From positions 48,978-112,977 of the forward strand of contig CAJAIA010000028.1 in assembly GCA_903939735.1 (NCBI GenBank): a stretch of 64,000 nt of DNA. The letters are read 5' to 3'. The stretch comes from an uncultured Ignavibacteria bacterium (GTDB lineage Bacteria > Bacteroidota > Ignavibacteria > Kapaibacteriales > Kapaibacteriaceae). The position numbers and the translations under genes were made by a program. Below the pieces are notes generated by a model, which saw nothing but the letters and a program-made list of their open reading frames with translations, ran no database searches and had not been told where the DNA came from. Below are positions 1 through 9,573 of this stretch, piece after piece (position 1 is the first letter of the stretch; the number at the start of each line of letters is the position of its first letter).

Positions 1-690
1 TCCGAGAACTGAGGCGAACTCTCGCATGGTCACGGTTTGTGGTGCGACAACGTTGTATGGACCGAATGCGTTGCTATCGTCGGCGGCCCATAGGAAGGCT
101 GACACGACGTCGTCACGGTGCACCCACGGCAAGTGCTGACGTCCCGAACCCAATGGCCCACCGATTCCGAGCTTCATTGGCAACGCCATTTTTGGGAGAG
201 CCCCCTCACGTGGGTCGAGCACCATACCGATTCGCATCGTACAAACACGTGTGTAGGCACGAGCGCGCTCCGCTTCACGTTCCCAGGCAGCTGTGACCTC
301 CGCGAGAAAGGTCTGTCCAGCCGGCAACGCCTCGTTGCTCGGAATCATCGTATTGCCGTAATACCCCACCGCTGACGCGCTAATGAGCGCTGGCGGAGTG
401 CTCGCCGCTGCGATTGCATCAACAACCTTCCGTGTCGATTCCGTGCGACTCGTCAGAATCTCGTGTCGCACGCGAGCCGACCACCGCGGACCTCCCACGC
501 TCGAACCAGCGAGATTAATCACGGCCTGCGCGCCTTCGACAAGCGTCGGCAGCTCATCCCACCCACGGAGGTCAGCGCCGTTGCCTCTACCCCGTGTTAT
601 GGTCACAACCGAATCGCCGCGCTGCTGCAATGCAGCGGTAATAGCGCGCCCAAGAAAACCGGTTCCACCGGTAATGATGTATCGTTTCAT
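1..690 (-). CDS. NAD-dependent epimerase/dehydratase, TIGR01777/YfcH-like SDR (runs off window at 3' end)
   Basis: Not in ORF track (no stop inside window). Manual translation from ATG at 690 gives MKRYIITGGTGFLGRA...VINLAG...SASAVGYYG...WERE...RIGMVL...GGPLGSGRQHLPWVH, the Rossmann GxxGxxG and YfcH-family motifs. Confidence 0.88.
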   Translation of the reverse strand, partial: MKRYIITGGTGFLGRAITAALQQRGDSVVTITRGRGNGADLRGWDELPTLVEGAQAVINLAGSSVGGPRWSARVRHEILTSRTESTRKVVDAIAAASTPPALISASAVGYYGNTMIPSNEALPAGQTFLAEVTAAWEREAERARAYTRVCTMRIGMVLDPREGALPKMALPMKLGIGGPLGSGRQHLPWVHRDDVVSAFLWAADDSNAFGPYNVVAPQTVTMREFASVLG

Positions 691-702
691 GGTGGCCCTA
701 AC

Positions 703-733
703 ACAAAAGCCCGTACGATGGTTCGTACGGGCT
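703..733 (-). terminator. Intrinsic terminator after rplI
   Basis: Perfect 11-bp stem agcccgtacga/tcgtacgggct (708-733) with 4-nt loop, followed by a short T-tract on the minus strand. Confidence 0.75.
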
Positions 734-772
734 CTGTAGGAATGTCAAATTTGACGGTCGGCGCAGGGGTAA

Positions 773-1219
773 TTACTCTTGGCCGATCACCCATACCTTG
801 AGTGGCGCGATCACATCGCTGTGAAGCTTGACCTTCACATCAAAAATGCCGAGCGTCTTGATCTGCTCGTCAATGATGATGTTACGACGGTCGATGTTAA
901 ATCCGCGCAGTTCAAGTTCTTGTGCAATCATTGGTGCAGTAACTGAACCAAAGATGCGGCCTTCTTCACCAACCTGCATAGAAACCGTGATTTGGAGCTC
1001 AGCAAGCTGTGCTGCAACCACTTCTGCCTGTTGACGAGCCTTGGCCATCTTTTGCTCGTATTGCTTCTTTTCTGATTCGAGCGCGCGCATTGCACCTGCC
1101 GACGCGAGATAGGCAAGCTGATTTGGGATCAGAAAATTGCGAGCGTAACCTGGCTTCACCGTGACGATCTCACCGATGGCGCCCAGGTTTTCAACGTCTT
1201 GACGAAGAATGATTTTCAT
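773..1219 (-). CDS. rplI: 50S ribosomal protein L9
   Basis: MKIILRQDVENLG..GEIVTVKPGYARNFLIP and GRIFGSVT motifs; 148 aa. Confidence 0.98.
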   Translation of the reverse strand: MKIILRQDVENLGAIGEIVTVKPGYARNFLIPNQLAYLASAGAMRALESEKKQYEQKMAKARQQAEVVAAQLAELQITVSMQVGEEGRIFGSVTAPMIAQELELRGFNIDRRNIIIDEQIKTLGIFDVKVKLHSDVIAPLKVWVIGQE

Positions 1220-1243
1220 GGTCGTACCTGGATTCGAAGGTGA

Positions 1244-1633
1244 TTAATGAATTGGCGAACCAGTCTTGGCTGCTTCTGCCATTTGAGCGGCACGAATTGC
1301 CTGAGCTTCGGCGCGAACCTTGCGGAACTCGCGGAGCTTTGGATCAAGCTGGAGCGACAGGTGACGGATCACCGCATCCTCGAGGAAGAAGAACTTCTCG
1401 AGCATCGGCAGTGTCGCCGCTGGAGCTTCGAACGCCGTGTAGACGTAGAAGCCGTTGTACTTCTTCTTGATCGGGTACGCAAGACGGCGACGGCCCATCT
1501 TGTTTACTTCGACGAGGGTTGAGCCATTCTCTTCGAGAAAGGCGTTGACGCGTGCTGCCACGGCGTCGATCTCTGCGTCCTCAAGGGCCGCATTGATGAT
1601 GTAGGTTGTTTCGTACAGGCGACGAACACTCAT
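1244..1633 (-). CDS. rpsF: 30S ribosomal protein S6
   Basis: YETTYII...GRRRLAYPIKK...GFY motif; strong SD AGGAGG upstream. Confidence 0.97.
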   Translation of the reverse strand: MSVRRLYETTYIINAALEDAEIDAVAARVNAFLEENGSTLVEVNKMGRRRLAYPIKKKYNGFYVYTAFEAPAATLPMLEKFFFLEDAVIRHLSLQLDPKLREFRKVRAEAQAIRAAQMAEAAKTGSPIH

Positions 1634-1700
1634 GTGGACCTCCTATGGTTGCCTTGCGGAGCCGTCGGCGTCCAGACCAACGGCAGGGTTACAGGGATTG
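1634..1700 (-). promoter_or_regulatory. Putative S6:S18-binding leader RNA of rpsF
   Basis: Minus strand: ccugu/auagg pairing overlapping the SD, ccu/agg inner helix, unpaired UCCGCA (CCG motif) and apical hairpin gccguugg/ccgacggc. This resembles the described S6:S18 autoregulatory leader. Confidence 0.55.
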
Positions 1701-1707
1701 TAGCCGA

Positions 1708-1715
1708 CAAACATA
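1708..1715 (-). promoter_or_regulatory. Bacteroidota-type -7 promoter element TATGTTTG (rpsF)
   Basis: Matches TAnnTTTG just upstream of the rpsF leader. Confidence 0.6.
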
Positions 1716-1875
1716 CGGCAGGGATTCATGAATCCCAAACACTGGGTGTAGTAACCTTGGATGCGGTATGGATGGAATTCCTGTATCTTAGCAGCCCTAT
1801 CACAGGCAGTGGTAGGATCACGATCACCCGAAGGGTGAGCAGTACACTTTCTCCACTTGTTCTTCGACCAGGTTT

Positions 1876-3336
1876 ATGTCCGAACAGACCAACGACGCCG
1901 CAGAGATGCCAGAAGTTCCTCACACCAACGAGGAACCCACCCCGCAACCACCGTCCACGGAGCCTCAGCACCAGGACGCACCAGTAGCTGCTGCACCAGA
2001 AGCTGCTCCTGCGGAGGCTGCACCAGCAGCTGAAGCGGAACCGCAATTGAGTGAAGAGGAAAAGGCTGAGCAGGCTGCGAAGCGTGAAGAAGAACGCAAG
2101 CGGAAAGAAGAAGAGCGTAAGCAGCGCGATGAAGCATATGCGATGCTCGAAGGATACAAGACTGCGGGCACATCATTCGATGTTACCATCGCAGAACGTG
2201 TGAAGGGTGGATTGCGTGGCGAGTTCAACGGACTCCGCATCTTCCTGCCGGCGTCGCACTTTGGCATCCGTAAGAACGTGTCAGAAGAAGATCTTAACGG
2301 CTTGCTCGGGCAGACGATCAGCGTCAAGGTCCATGAACTCCAATCGGACGACACTGGCTACAAGTCGGCGGTTGTGACGCGTCGCGAAATCCTCCTTGAT
2401 GACTTCTGGAACGGAATCCAACAGGGCGGCGTCTACGACGGCGTCGTATCATCGGTCACACAGTTTGGTGCATTCGTAAACATCGGCGGCGTCGAAGGCT
2501 TGGTCCACGTATCACGCCTGTCGCGCTCACGCGTCGAGAATCCAGCTGATGTGGTCAAGAAGGGTGACAAGCTCAAGGTGACGGTTTCGGAAATCGACCG
2601 CGAGAAGCGCAAGCTTTCGCTGTCGCACAAGGAACACGAGGAAGACCCATGGAAGGGTGCCACCGAGAAGTTCACTGTCGGCACGAAGCTCAAGGGCACG
2701 GTTCGCCGTATCACAGACTTTGGCGCATATGTTCAAGTAGCACCGAAGATCGAAGGTCTCCTTCGTATCAGCGAGCTGAGCTGGACTCGCCGCATCAAGC
2801 ACCCATCAGAGATCATTAACGTCGGTCAAGAGATCGATGTGGTCATCCTCTCGACAAATGAAGAAAAGCATCAGCTTGCGCTTGGATACAAGCAGACGCT
2901 TGAAAATCCATGGCTAACACTCCCTACGACGCTCCCTATCGGCTCTGAGACGCAGGGCGTTGTGCAGAACGTTAGCACACAGGGCGCTGTTGTGCGTGTT
3001 GCAGATGCATTCGATGGCTTCATGCCACGCTCGAAGATTCTCAATGCTGGTCGCGGACAGAAGGTTCAGCTGAATGCTGGCGACGCAATTACGTGCGTGA
3101 TCGTGGACTGTACACCGGAGAATGCGTCGTTGATCTTGGCCATGAAGGGCGAGGACGGCAGCATCGGCGGTCAGCAGCAGGACGACACACGTCACGAACA
3201 CTCAGATCGCGGCGATCGTGGCGAACGCCGTGAGCGTGGTGATCGTGGTGATCGCGGTCCATCGGTCAACATCCCATCCTCCCCTGCAGTCACCCTCGGC
3301 GACATGCTCAAGGATGCGTCGATTTTGAAGCAGTAA
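1876..3336 (+). CDS. Ribosomal protein S1-like protein (four S1 domains, acidic Ala/Pro-rich N-terminus)
   Basis: S1 repeats: VKGGL..FLPAS; FGAFVNIGGVEGLVHVS; FGAYVQVAPKIEGLLRISELSW; GAVV..FDGFMPRS; C-terminal TLGDML. Confidence 0.85.
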   Translation: MSEQTNDAAEMPEVPHTNEEPTPQPPSTEPQHQDAPVAAAPEAAPAEAAPAAEAEPQLSEEEKAEQAAKREEERKRKEEERKQRDEAYAMLEGYKTAGTSFDVTIAERVKGGLRGEFNGLRIFLPASHFGIRKNVSEEDLNGLLGQTISVKVHELQSDDTGYKSAVVTRREILLDDFWNGIQQGGVYDGVVSSVTQFGAFVNIGGVEGLVHVSRLSRSRVENPADVVKKGDKLKVTVSEIDREKRKLSLSHKEHEEDPWKGATEKFTVGTKLKGTVRRITDFGAYVQVAPKIEGLLRISELSWTRRIKHPSEIINVGQEIDVVILSTNEEKHQLALGYKQTLENPWLTLPTTLPIGSETQGVVQNVSTQGAVVRVADAFDGFMPRSKILNAGRGQKVQLNAGDAITCVIVDCTPENASLILAMKGEDGSIGGQQQDDTRHEHSDRGDRGERRERGDRGDRGPSVNIPSSPAVTLGDMLKDASILKQ

Positions 3337-3410
3337 CTTCTCCCGTACACGTGAATCATTCCGAAGCCGTCGTGACCAGTCATGACGGCTTCTGTATTTT
3401 TCGGTCACCC

Positions 3411-4181
3411 ATGATACGTTGCTTCCCCTCTGCTTCGCTGGCTCTCACTGCGCTCTTCATCTGCATCGCAGGCGCACACATGTGTGCGCAACCTGTGACG
3501 AAGAATGGGGCGATGATGCCGCGTGTGTTATCGCCTTCGGAATTCCTGATGGCCGACTCAACCTTCGATGACTCGCGGATTGCGATCCCAGGTGAGATCC
3601 GAACTCGATCAACTGCCGAGCAAGACTCTGCCTATTCGGCAGCGATGTCACTCAAGGTGCCAGCCGCACGGCGCTTTGCCGCGTCCCTTCAAGAAACCTC
3701 GTCCTACTTGCGCTATCGCGCCGAACTCGATCGACGGCCATCAATCTGGGAACAGATCCGCACAACGATGGACATTCCGGCTGCGATTCTCCAGCCAACA
3801 CCGCAAGAACGTACGCAGTACCAGCTCACGATCGCCAATGCGATGTATGTGCCAGGCGTACTTCTCTACCCAATGGGCACAGGTAATGCAATGGTGAGCT
3901 TCGGTGATATTGCGAAGCTCTTCGGTATTGCCGAAGACGTAAGCCCAGTGATTCGCTATGTGGTTGATGAGACTATTGAAGTTGAGATCGTCATTTACTC
4001 AACACAGGCGATTGCTATCAGTCAGCCGTTTCGCGGAATCCAAGCACCAGGGGCATACACACTTACATGGGATGGTCGTGATGCCAATGGCAAGACGTCC
4101 GTCGAGGGTGAGTACATCGCAGAGGTGCGCCTTGGCGATCAACGCATTATGCGAAAACGTATCTCCTGGAAGGGCCGATAA
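3411..4181 (+). CDS. Secreted protein with C-terminal FlgD-Ig/T9SS-like sorting domain
   Basis: Signal peptide from ATG 3411 ending ..MCA-Q; C-terminal YTLTWDGRDANG..GEYIAEV; stop overlaps the next ATG. Confidence 0.65.
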   Translation: MIRCFPSASLALTALFICIAGAHMCAQPVTKNGAMMPRVLSPSEFLMADSTFDDSRIAIPGEIRTRSTAEQDSAYSAAMSLKVPAARRFAASLQETSSYLRYRAELDRRPSIWEQIRTTMDIPAAILQPTPQERTQYQLTIANAMYVPGVLLYPMGTGNAMVSFGDIAKLFGIAEDVSPVIRYVVDETIEVEIVIYSTQAIAISQPFRGIQAPGAYTLTWDGRDANGKTSVEGEYIAEVRLGDQRIMRKRISWKGR

Positions 4182-7057
4182 TGCGACAGATCTGGGGTAT
4201 GGCATTGGTTCTGTTGAGCGCAGTGCTCGTGCAGACCAGCTCGGCAGAAGTTGAATCGCATACGGTGATTGTCACGTGGAAGGCCACATCGCCGTCACTT
4301 GATAACTGGCTCCAGAACGGTCGTAGCGGCGAGATTGCATCGTTCATTCCGATTATCGGTCCGCACACATCGCACGGATTCGTTTCGAATGCAACAATCA
4401 CATCAGTCGAAGCGGCGTATGAGCGACGCAATCAGCTGCGAATCAATCGCACGACGCTACCTGTGGCACGTATTGCGGTGCTTCGATTCGCGCGATCTAT
4501 CGATCCTACCCTCGTGGCACGTAAGCTCGCGACGCATCCAGACGTGGAGTATGCAGAGCCCCTTCCCGTCCACCGCATTGTCGACACTCCTAACGACCCC
4601 GACATCAGCCGACAGTATCATCACGCGTTGATACAGAGTTTTGAAGCGTGGTCATTGCTTCCGCCCGATTCAATCATCGTTGTTGGCGTCATCGATACTG
4701 GCATCGACACAACACATGTTGATCTCGGTGCAAATACGTGGCGCAACCTCGGCGAAATGGGTCTTGACGGCAATGGCGTTGATCGTCGCACGAACGGCAT
4801 CGACGACGATGGCAATGGATTTGTCGACGATTTCTTTGGGTGGGACTTTGTTGGGACGGATGGACAAGGGCCAGACAACTCACCCATTCCGGGCAACAGC
4901 CACGGCACACACGTCGGCGGCATTATCGCTGAGATTGCCAACAATGGCATTGGCGGCGCGGGTGTGGCAACGAACGTTCGTGTGATGCCGATCAAGATTG
5001 GGCGTGACGACCCACAATCAACAACGGTGGCGAACTCAGCCGACGGCATCCTCTATGCTGCATCGATGGGTGCTTCCGTCATCAACTGTTCGTTCGGCAG
5101 CGGATCTTCCTCGAATGCTGATCGAGCAATCATCAAACAAGCGCTTGACCTCGGAGCACTTGTGGTTGCTGCAGCCGGTAACGAGGGCTCATCAATGGCC
5201 TTCTTCCCGGCAGCCTATCCTGAGGTACTGTCGGTTGCTGCCACGGGTGAACGCGACAAGCTTGCGTACTTCTCAAACACACATAGCTCGGTGGATGTCT
5301 GCGCACCAGGAGTCGCTATCTATTCGACGATTCCCGGCGACATGTACGACTTCTTCGACGGCACGTCGATGGCCTCGCCTGTCGCAGCAGCGGTAGCAGC
5401 AATGGTTCGCCTGCGCTATCCTTCGCTAACACCTACACAGGTGCATGCGGCTATGAAGGTTGGATGCGACAATATCGATAGTGCCAATGTTGTGTTCGTC
5501 GGACAGTTTGGCGTCGGACGTGTCAATGCGTTGCGTTCACTTCAGCAATCCAATCCACGTTGGGCCACGATTTCTTCCTGGGAAGTTGTCGACCGTGATG
5601 GCAATGGCTTCATTCAACCGCGCGATGAATGCAAGATTTCTGTGACCATCACCAACGAACTCTCGTCACTGACGAACTGCGCTGTCAAGCTGATCCCGGC
5701 TCCAGCAACCTTCGCTCCCATCCTGGTGGTCGACTCGGTGTTTGTCGGAACGGTTGAAGAGGGACAGGAACTCACACTCGTCGATGCATTCGTCACAATC
5801 ATACCCGACGACGTCACATACGATGGCGAGTTGCGCTTGCTGGCATTGATCTACGACGGCGACACGATCGTGAGTCGTCAATTGATCACATCAACGGTAA
5901 ATCCGTCATATCGCACGATCGCGGCGAACAACATATCAACGACGATCAACTCGATCGGCAACATCGGCTTCAACGACTATCCGTCGAACACACAAGGCGT
6001 CGGCTTCAAGCACAACAGCAGTGAGAACACGCTGTTTGAAGGGGCGCTCATGATCGGCACACAGCCTCGCGATCTGCCGAATGTCGCTCGCGGAGCAACG
6101 ACGGAAACAAAGGACATGCTGTTTGGCATTCGGAGCGTCGCAGACATTCGCAGCGACAGTATGCCAGCAGGACAACGGGTTCGGACAGCGTTTTCGGATA
6201 GCGTTGATCCCTTCCCGGTTGGTGTCGACGTAACGAAAAACGTCTACGCTCTCACAGCTGATTCAGTGCGCGATGCAATCATCATCGCACTCGATGTGCG
6301 CAATCGTGTTGATACGGCGATCAACGATGTTTACGTAAGCTACTTTTTCGATTTCGACATTGGACCGATGGGTGCAAACAATGGATGCGCCTACGATACG
6401 CGCACCGGCATAGGCCTGCTCCAGAACGTCAATGAATCATCGCTCCCCTCGATCGGCGTGTCGATGATCTCGCCGCTTCCAGTGAACTTTTACGCGGTCG
6501 ACAATGAGGGAGATGCCGCGTCACCGAGCATCTACGATAACTTCCTTCGCGCTGAAAAGTGGCTCATGATGTCGGGTGGCGTTCGCCGTGCGAACTCTCG
6601 CATCACAGACGTCTCGGCAGTCATCGGGGCTGGTCCATTTAGTCTTGCACCTGGTCAGACACAGCAAGTGTGCTTCGTGTTGAGTGCCGGCTCGAACTAC
6701 GACGACGTCTCGGCCTCCACACTGTCAGCCCGTCGGGCTGCGCGCGATATGGGCCTTCATGCGACGGAGCACATTATTGCGCCATCGCAGGACCGTATTC
6801 TACATGTCGACAAGTTGCCTGTTGTGAGTCCGGGCGCAACGACTGTCGTCTTCTCCATTGCCGCACCATCACCAGTCCAGATCGATATCGTCGATCTTAT
6901 GGGGCGATCACTAGCAACCGTCGTTGACGAATTGAATGTTGCTGCTGGTTCACACACGCGAAGCATTCAGATTCCATCGGTAGCCTCTGGCACCTACTTC
7001 TTCCGCATGACGACATATCGCGGAAGCAATGCGCTCGTCTTTGGCATTGGCCGTTAA
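4181..7057 (+). CDS. S8 (subtilisin-family) serine peptidase with T9SS C-terminal domain
   Basis: Catalytic triad motifs VIDTG, HGTHVGG, GTSMASP; oxyanion AAAGN; C-terminal IVDLMGR..ASGTYFFR. Confidence 0.93.
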   Translation: MRQIWGMALVLLSAVLVQTSSAEVESHTVIVTWKATSPSLDNWLQNGRSGEIASFIPIIGPHTSHGFVSNATITSVEAAYERRNQLRINRTTLPVARIAVLRFARSIDPTLVARKLATHPDVEYAEPLPVHRIVDTPNDPDISRQYHHALIQSFEAWSLLPPDSIIVVGVIDTGIDTTHVDLGANTWRNLGEMGLDGNGVDRRTNGIDDDGNGFVDDFFGWDFVGTDGQGPDNSPIPGNSHGTHVGGIIAEIANNGIGGAGVATNVRVMPIKIGRDDPQSTTVANSADGILYAASMGASVINCSFGSGSSSNADRAIIKQALDLGALVVAAAGNEGSSMAFFPAAYPEVLSVAATGERDKLAYFSNTHSSVDVCAPGVAIYSTIPGDMYDFFDGTSMASPVAAAVAAMVRLRYPSLTPTQVHAAMKVGCDNIDSANVVFVGQFGVGRVNALRSLQQSNPRWATISSWEVVDRDGNGFIQPRDECKISVTITNELSSLTNCAVKLIPAPATFAPILVVDSVFVGTVEEGQELTLVDAFVTIIPDDVTYDGELRLLALIYDGDTIVSRQLITSTVNPSYRTIAANNISTTINSIGNIGFNDYPSNTQGVGFKHNSSENTLFEGALMIGTQPRDLPNVARGATTETKDMLFGIRSVADIRSDSMPAGQRVRTAFSDSVDPFPVGVDVTKNVYALTADSVRDAIIIALDVRNRVDTAINDVYVSYFFDFDIGPMGANNGCAYDTRTGIGLLQNVNESSLPSIGVSMISPLPVNFYAVDNEGDAASPSIYDNFLRAEKWLMMSGGVRRANSRITDVSAVIGAGPFSLAPGQTQQVCFVLSAGSNYDDVSASTLSARRAARDMGLHATEHIIAPSQDRILHVDKLPVVSPGATTVVFSIAAPSPVQIDIVDLMGRSLATVVDELNVAAGSHTRSIQIPSVASGTYFFRMTTYRGSNALVFGIGR

Positions 7058-8466
7058 CGCCTGCGGAGAACTCCGACCGCCTCGACGTGATAGGTCTGCG
7101 GGAACATATCCACCGGCGTCACTTCCACTACATCGTAGAGCTCAGCAAGAATTGCACAGTCACGAGCCATTGTTGCCGGATTGCAGCTTACGTAGATGAG
7201 ACGTTCGGGAGCGACCGCAAGAATGTGGCGCACAACCTGCTCGTGCATGCCGTTTCGAGGTGGATCAATCAAGATCACATCAGGCTGCGGGAGCGATCGC
7301 AATACATCCATAGCCGACGGGACGTGAAGATCGACCGTATGGAATGCGACGTTGTTAATGGAATTTCGTTCCGCATTCGCACGTGCATCAGCGATTGAGC
7401 TTTCAGAGAGTTCAGCGCCAATGACATGCTTGGCACGCTGGGCTGCAGGGAGCGTGAGTGTGCCCGTGCCGCAGTAGAGATCCCACACCACATCTGTTGG
7501 ACGTAGGTCTGCACGGTCAAGAGCACGAGTAATCAGGTTCGGCAGGTGGAGCGTATTGGTCTGGAAAAACGAGAACGGTGAAATTCGGTACGTGATACCA
7601 AGCGAGGTTTCATCGAGATAGCCCGGGCCAACCACCTTCGTGATCTGTCCGACAGCCACAGGTGACCACGTATCGTTGATCGCATGGATCATCGATGATC
7701 CATGCGGCAGCGTCGGCGCCAATGCGAACCATTGTTGAAGGAAGTCCTCCTCGTGCTCCTGCGTGGGAGTGGTAGTTATCAGCACCGTCATCACCGATCC
7801 GGTTGCAACACTTGTTCGAACCACAAGATGACGGGCAAAGCCGTCGTGATGCCGCTGATGATAGGCCTGAATCCCTGTCTGCTCCGAACATGCATGTGTA
7901 TGAGCAAGCACACGGTTTGCAACGTCCTGTTGCAGCATGCACGTGGAGATATGACGCACTTTATCGAATCGTCCCGGCACATGGAGTCCGAGCGCGAAGG
8001 ACGTACCAAACTCGACACCCGAATCGATCTCTTCACGTGTGAGCCATGCAGAGCCCCCGAACGAGAACTCCATTTTGTTGCGATACGCATAGATCTCCGG
8101 CGAGGAGAGCGTAGGATGCACAACTCCAACAGGTATCTGTCCAAGGCGCTCAAAGGAGTCAACAACGTGTTGGCGTTTCCATCGCGCTTGTTCTTCATAC
8201 GCGAGGTGCTGCCATTTACATCCTCCACACACACCAAAGTGCGGGCATGGCGGTGTGCGACGGTCAGGAGATGCAGTTAGCACCTCGATCACCTCAGCCT
8301 GCTTGAAACGCTTCTTCGTTCCCGTGATACGCGCGCGGACGCGCTCGCCTGGCAACGCACCCGCGACGAAGTGAACGAGTCCGTCGAGACGTCCAATGGC
8401 AATGCCTTCGAACCCGATGGCATCAATGTCTATCTCAATTTCTTGTTGTGGGCGCTGACTACGCAT
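7054..8466 (-). CDS. rlmD: 23S rRNA (uracil-5)-methyltransferase RlmD/RumA
   Basis: TRAM domain, CPHFGVCGGC Fe-S motif, SFFQTN, DLYCGTG, DPPRNG, YVSCNPAT, DMFPQTYHVE. Confidence 0.95.
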   Translation of the reverse strand: MRSQRPQQEIEIDIDAIGFEGIAIGRLDGLVHFVAGALPGERVRARITGTKKRFKQAEVIEVLTASPDRRTPPCPHFGVCGGCKWQHLAYEEQARWKRQHVVDSFERLGQIPVGVVHPTLSSPEIYAYRNKMEFSFGGSAWLTREEIDSGVEFGTSFALGLHVPGRFDKVRHISTCMLQQDVANRVLAHTHACSEQTGIQAYHQRHHDGFARHLVVRTSVATGSVMTVLITTTPTQEHEEDFLQQWFALAPTLPHGSSMIHAINDTWSPVAVGQITKVVGPGYLDETSLGITYRISPFSFFQTNTLHLPNLITRALDRADLRPTDVVWDLYCGTGTLTLPAAQRAKHVIGAELSESSIADARANAERNSINNVAFHTVDLHVPSAMDVLRSLPQPDVILIDPPRNGMHEQVVRHILAVAPERLIYVSCNPATMARDCAILAELYDVVEVTPVDMFPQTYHVEAVGVLRRR

Positions 8467-8493
8467 GCATGTTTACGTGGTATGTTTGAGCTG

Positions 8494-8501
8494 CAAAGCT
8501 A
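8494..8501 (-). promoter_or_regulatory. -7 promoter element TAGCTTTG (rlmD)
   Basis: TAnnTTTG match 27 nt before the start codon. Confidence 0.55.
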
Positions 8502-8528
8502 ACCCCGACTTTCCACTTCGCGGCACGC

Positions 8529-9563
8529 ATGATCGATATTCGGCACTTCCACGACGGCGCTATGCATCAATGTTCGCTTGATGAGTTGCGCCAGCTCCCT
8601 GTTGGAAGCATTCCCGACGGTGGGATGGTGTGGATTAATATGTCCGCGCCGACAGCCGACGAAGAACGCCAGATTCTCAGTGAGTGGTTTCCTGTGCACG
8701 AGTTGGTGATGTCCGATGCGCATCGTGCGCTCGGCACCCACGAAGACGATGATGCACAGCTTCACCATCCCAAAGTCGATGATTTTGGCACATACCTGTT
8801 CGTCATCATGCATGCGCTGGTGCATCGGCGGAGTAGCGAGGGCGACTCAGCGGTTGTCACGCTCCGTAACCTCGGCGAGTCACAGCTGAACATTATCCTT
8901 GGTGAACGGATTCTGGTCACCCATCATGCGGGAGATATCAAGGCTGTTCCTGCATTGATGCTAGCTTGTGACCGAAACCCGTTGCTTCTCTCGCATGGAC
9001 CCGACTTCCTGCTCCATCTGCTGCTTGACGATTTGATTGACGCCTACATCCCGCTCGTGGAGCTCTTTGAGGATCGCGTCGAAGAACTCGAACACGCGAT
9101 CTTCCGACGTCCAAGCAACACCACACTAATCCACATCCTGGAACTGAAGAAGCTGCTCCAACGTATCCGAAAGGATGTTGTGTACCAGCGCGAAATCGTC
9201 AACCGGCTGGCGCGTGGCGAGTTCGCAATCATCTCACAACACGAGACGATGTACTACCGCAATGTCTATGACCATCTGGTTCGCATCGCCGATCAGATTG
9301 AAAGCAGCCGCGAACTCACGCTGTCGATCATGGAAGCATATTTCTCTGTCAGCTCTGTTCGACTGAATGAAGTGATGAAGGTCCTGACTGTGATCAGCAC
9401 GATCTTTCTGCCAATTACCTTCATCACGAGCTTCTATGGCATGAACTTCCATCACATGCCAGAACTCAACTGGTGGTGGTCATATCCTACAGTGATTGGC
9501 ATCATCATCGTGATCTCCGCTTCAATGTACTTCATGTTTCGTCGACGAGGTTGGCTTGACTAG
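8529..9563 (+). CDS. corA: Magnesium/cobalt transporter CorA
   Basis: MKVLTVISTIFLPITFITSFYGMNF (GMN motif), MPEL, two C-terminal TM helices. Confidence 0.95.
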   Translation: MIDIRHFHDGAMHQCSLDELRQLPVGSIPDGGMVWINMSAPTADEERQILSEWFPVHELVMSDAHRALGTHEDDDAQLHHPKVDDFGTYLFVIMHALVHRRSSEGDSAVVTLRNLGESQLNIILGERILVTHHAGDIKAVPALMLACDRNPLLLSHGPDFLLHLLLDDLIDAYIPLVELFEDRVEELEHAIFRRPSNTTLIHILELKKLLQRIRKDVVYQREIVNRLARGEFAIISQHETMYYRNVYDHLVRIADQIESSRELTLSIMEAYFSVSSVRLNEVMKVLTVISTIFLPITFITSFYGMNFHHMPELNWWWSYPTVIGIIIVISASMYFMFRRRGWLD

Positions 9564-9573
9564 TCGTCGACCC

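Noticed and set aside
3205..3260. 9-bp degenerate tandem repeat (gatcgyggy)
   Set aside because: Encodes the low-complexity RGD/RGE tail of the S1-like protein; not a CRISPR or contingency repeat.
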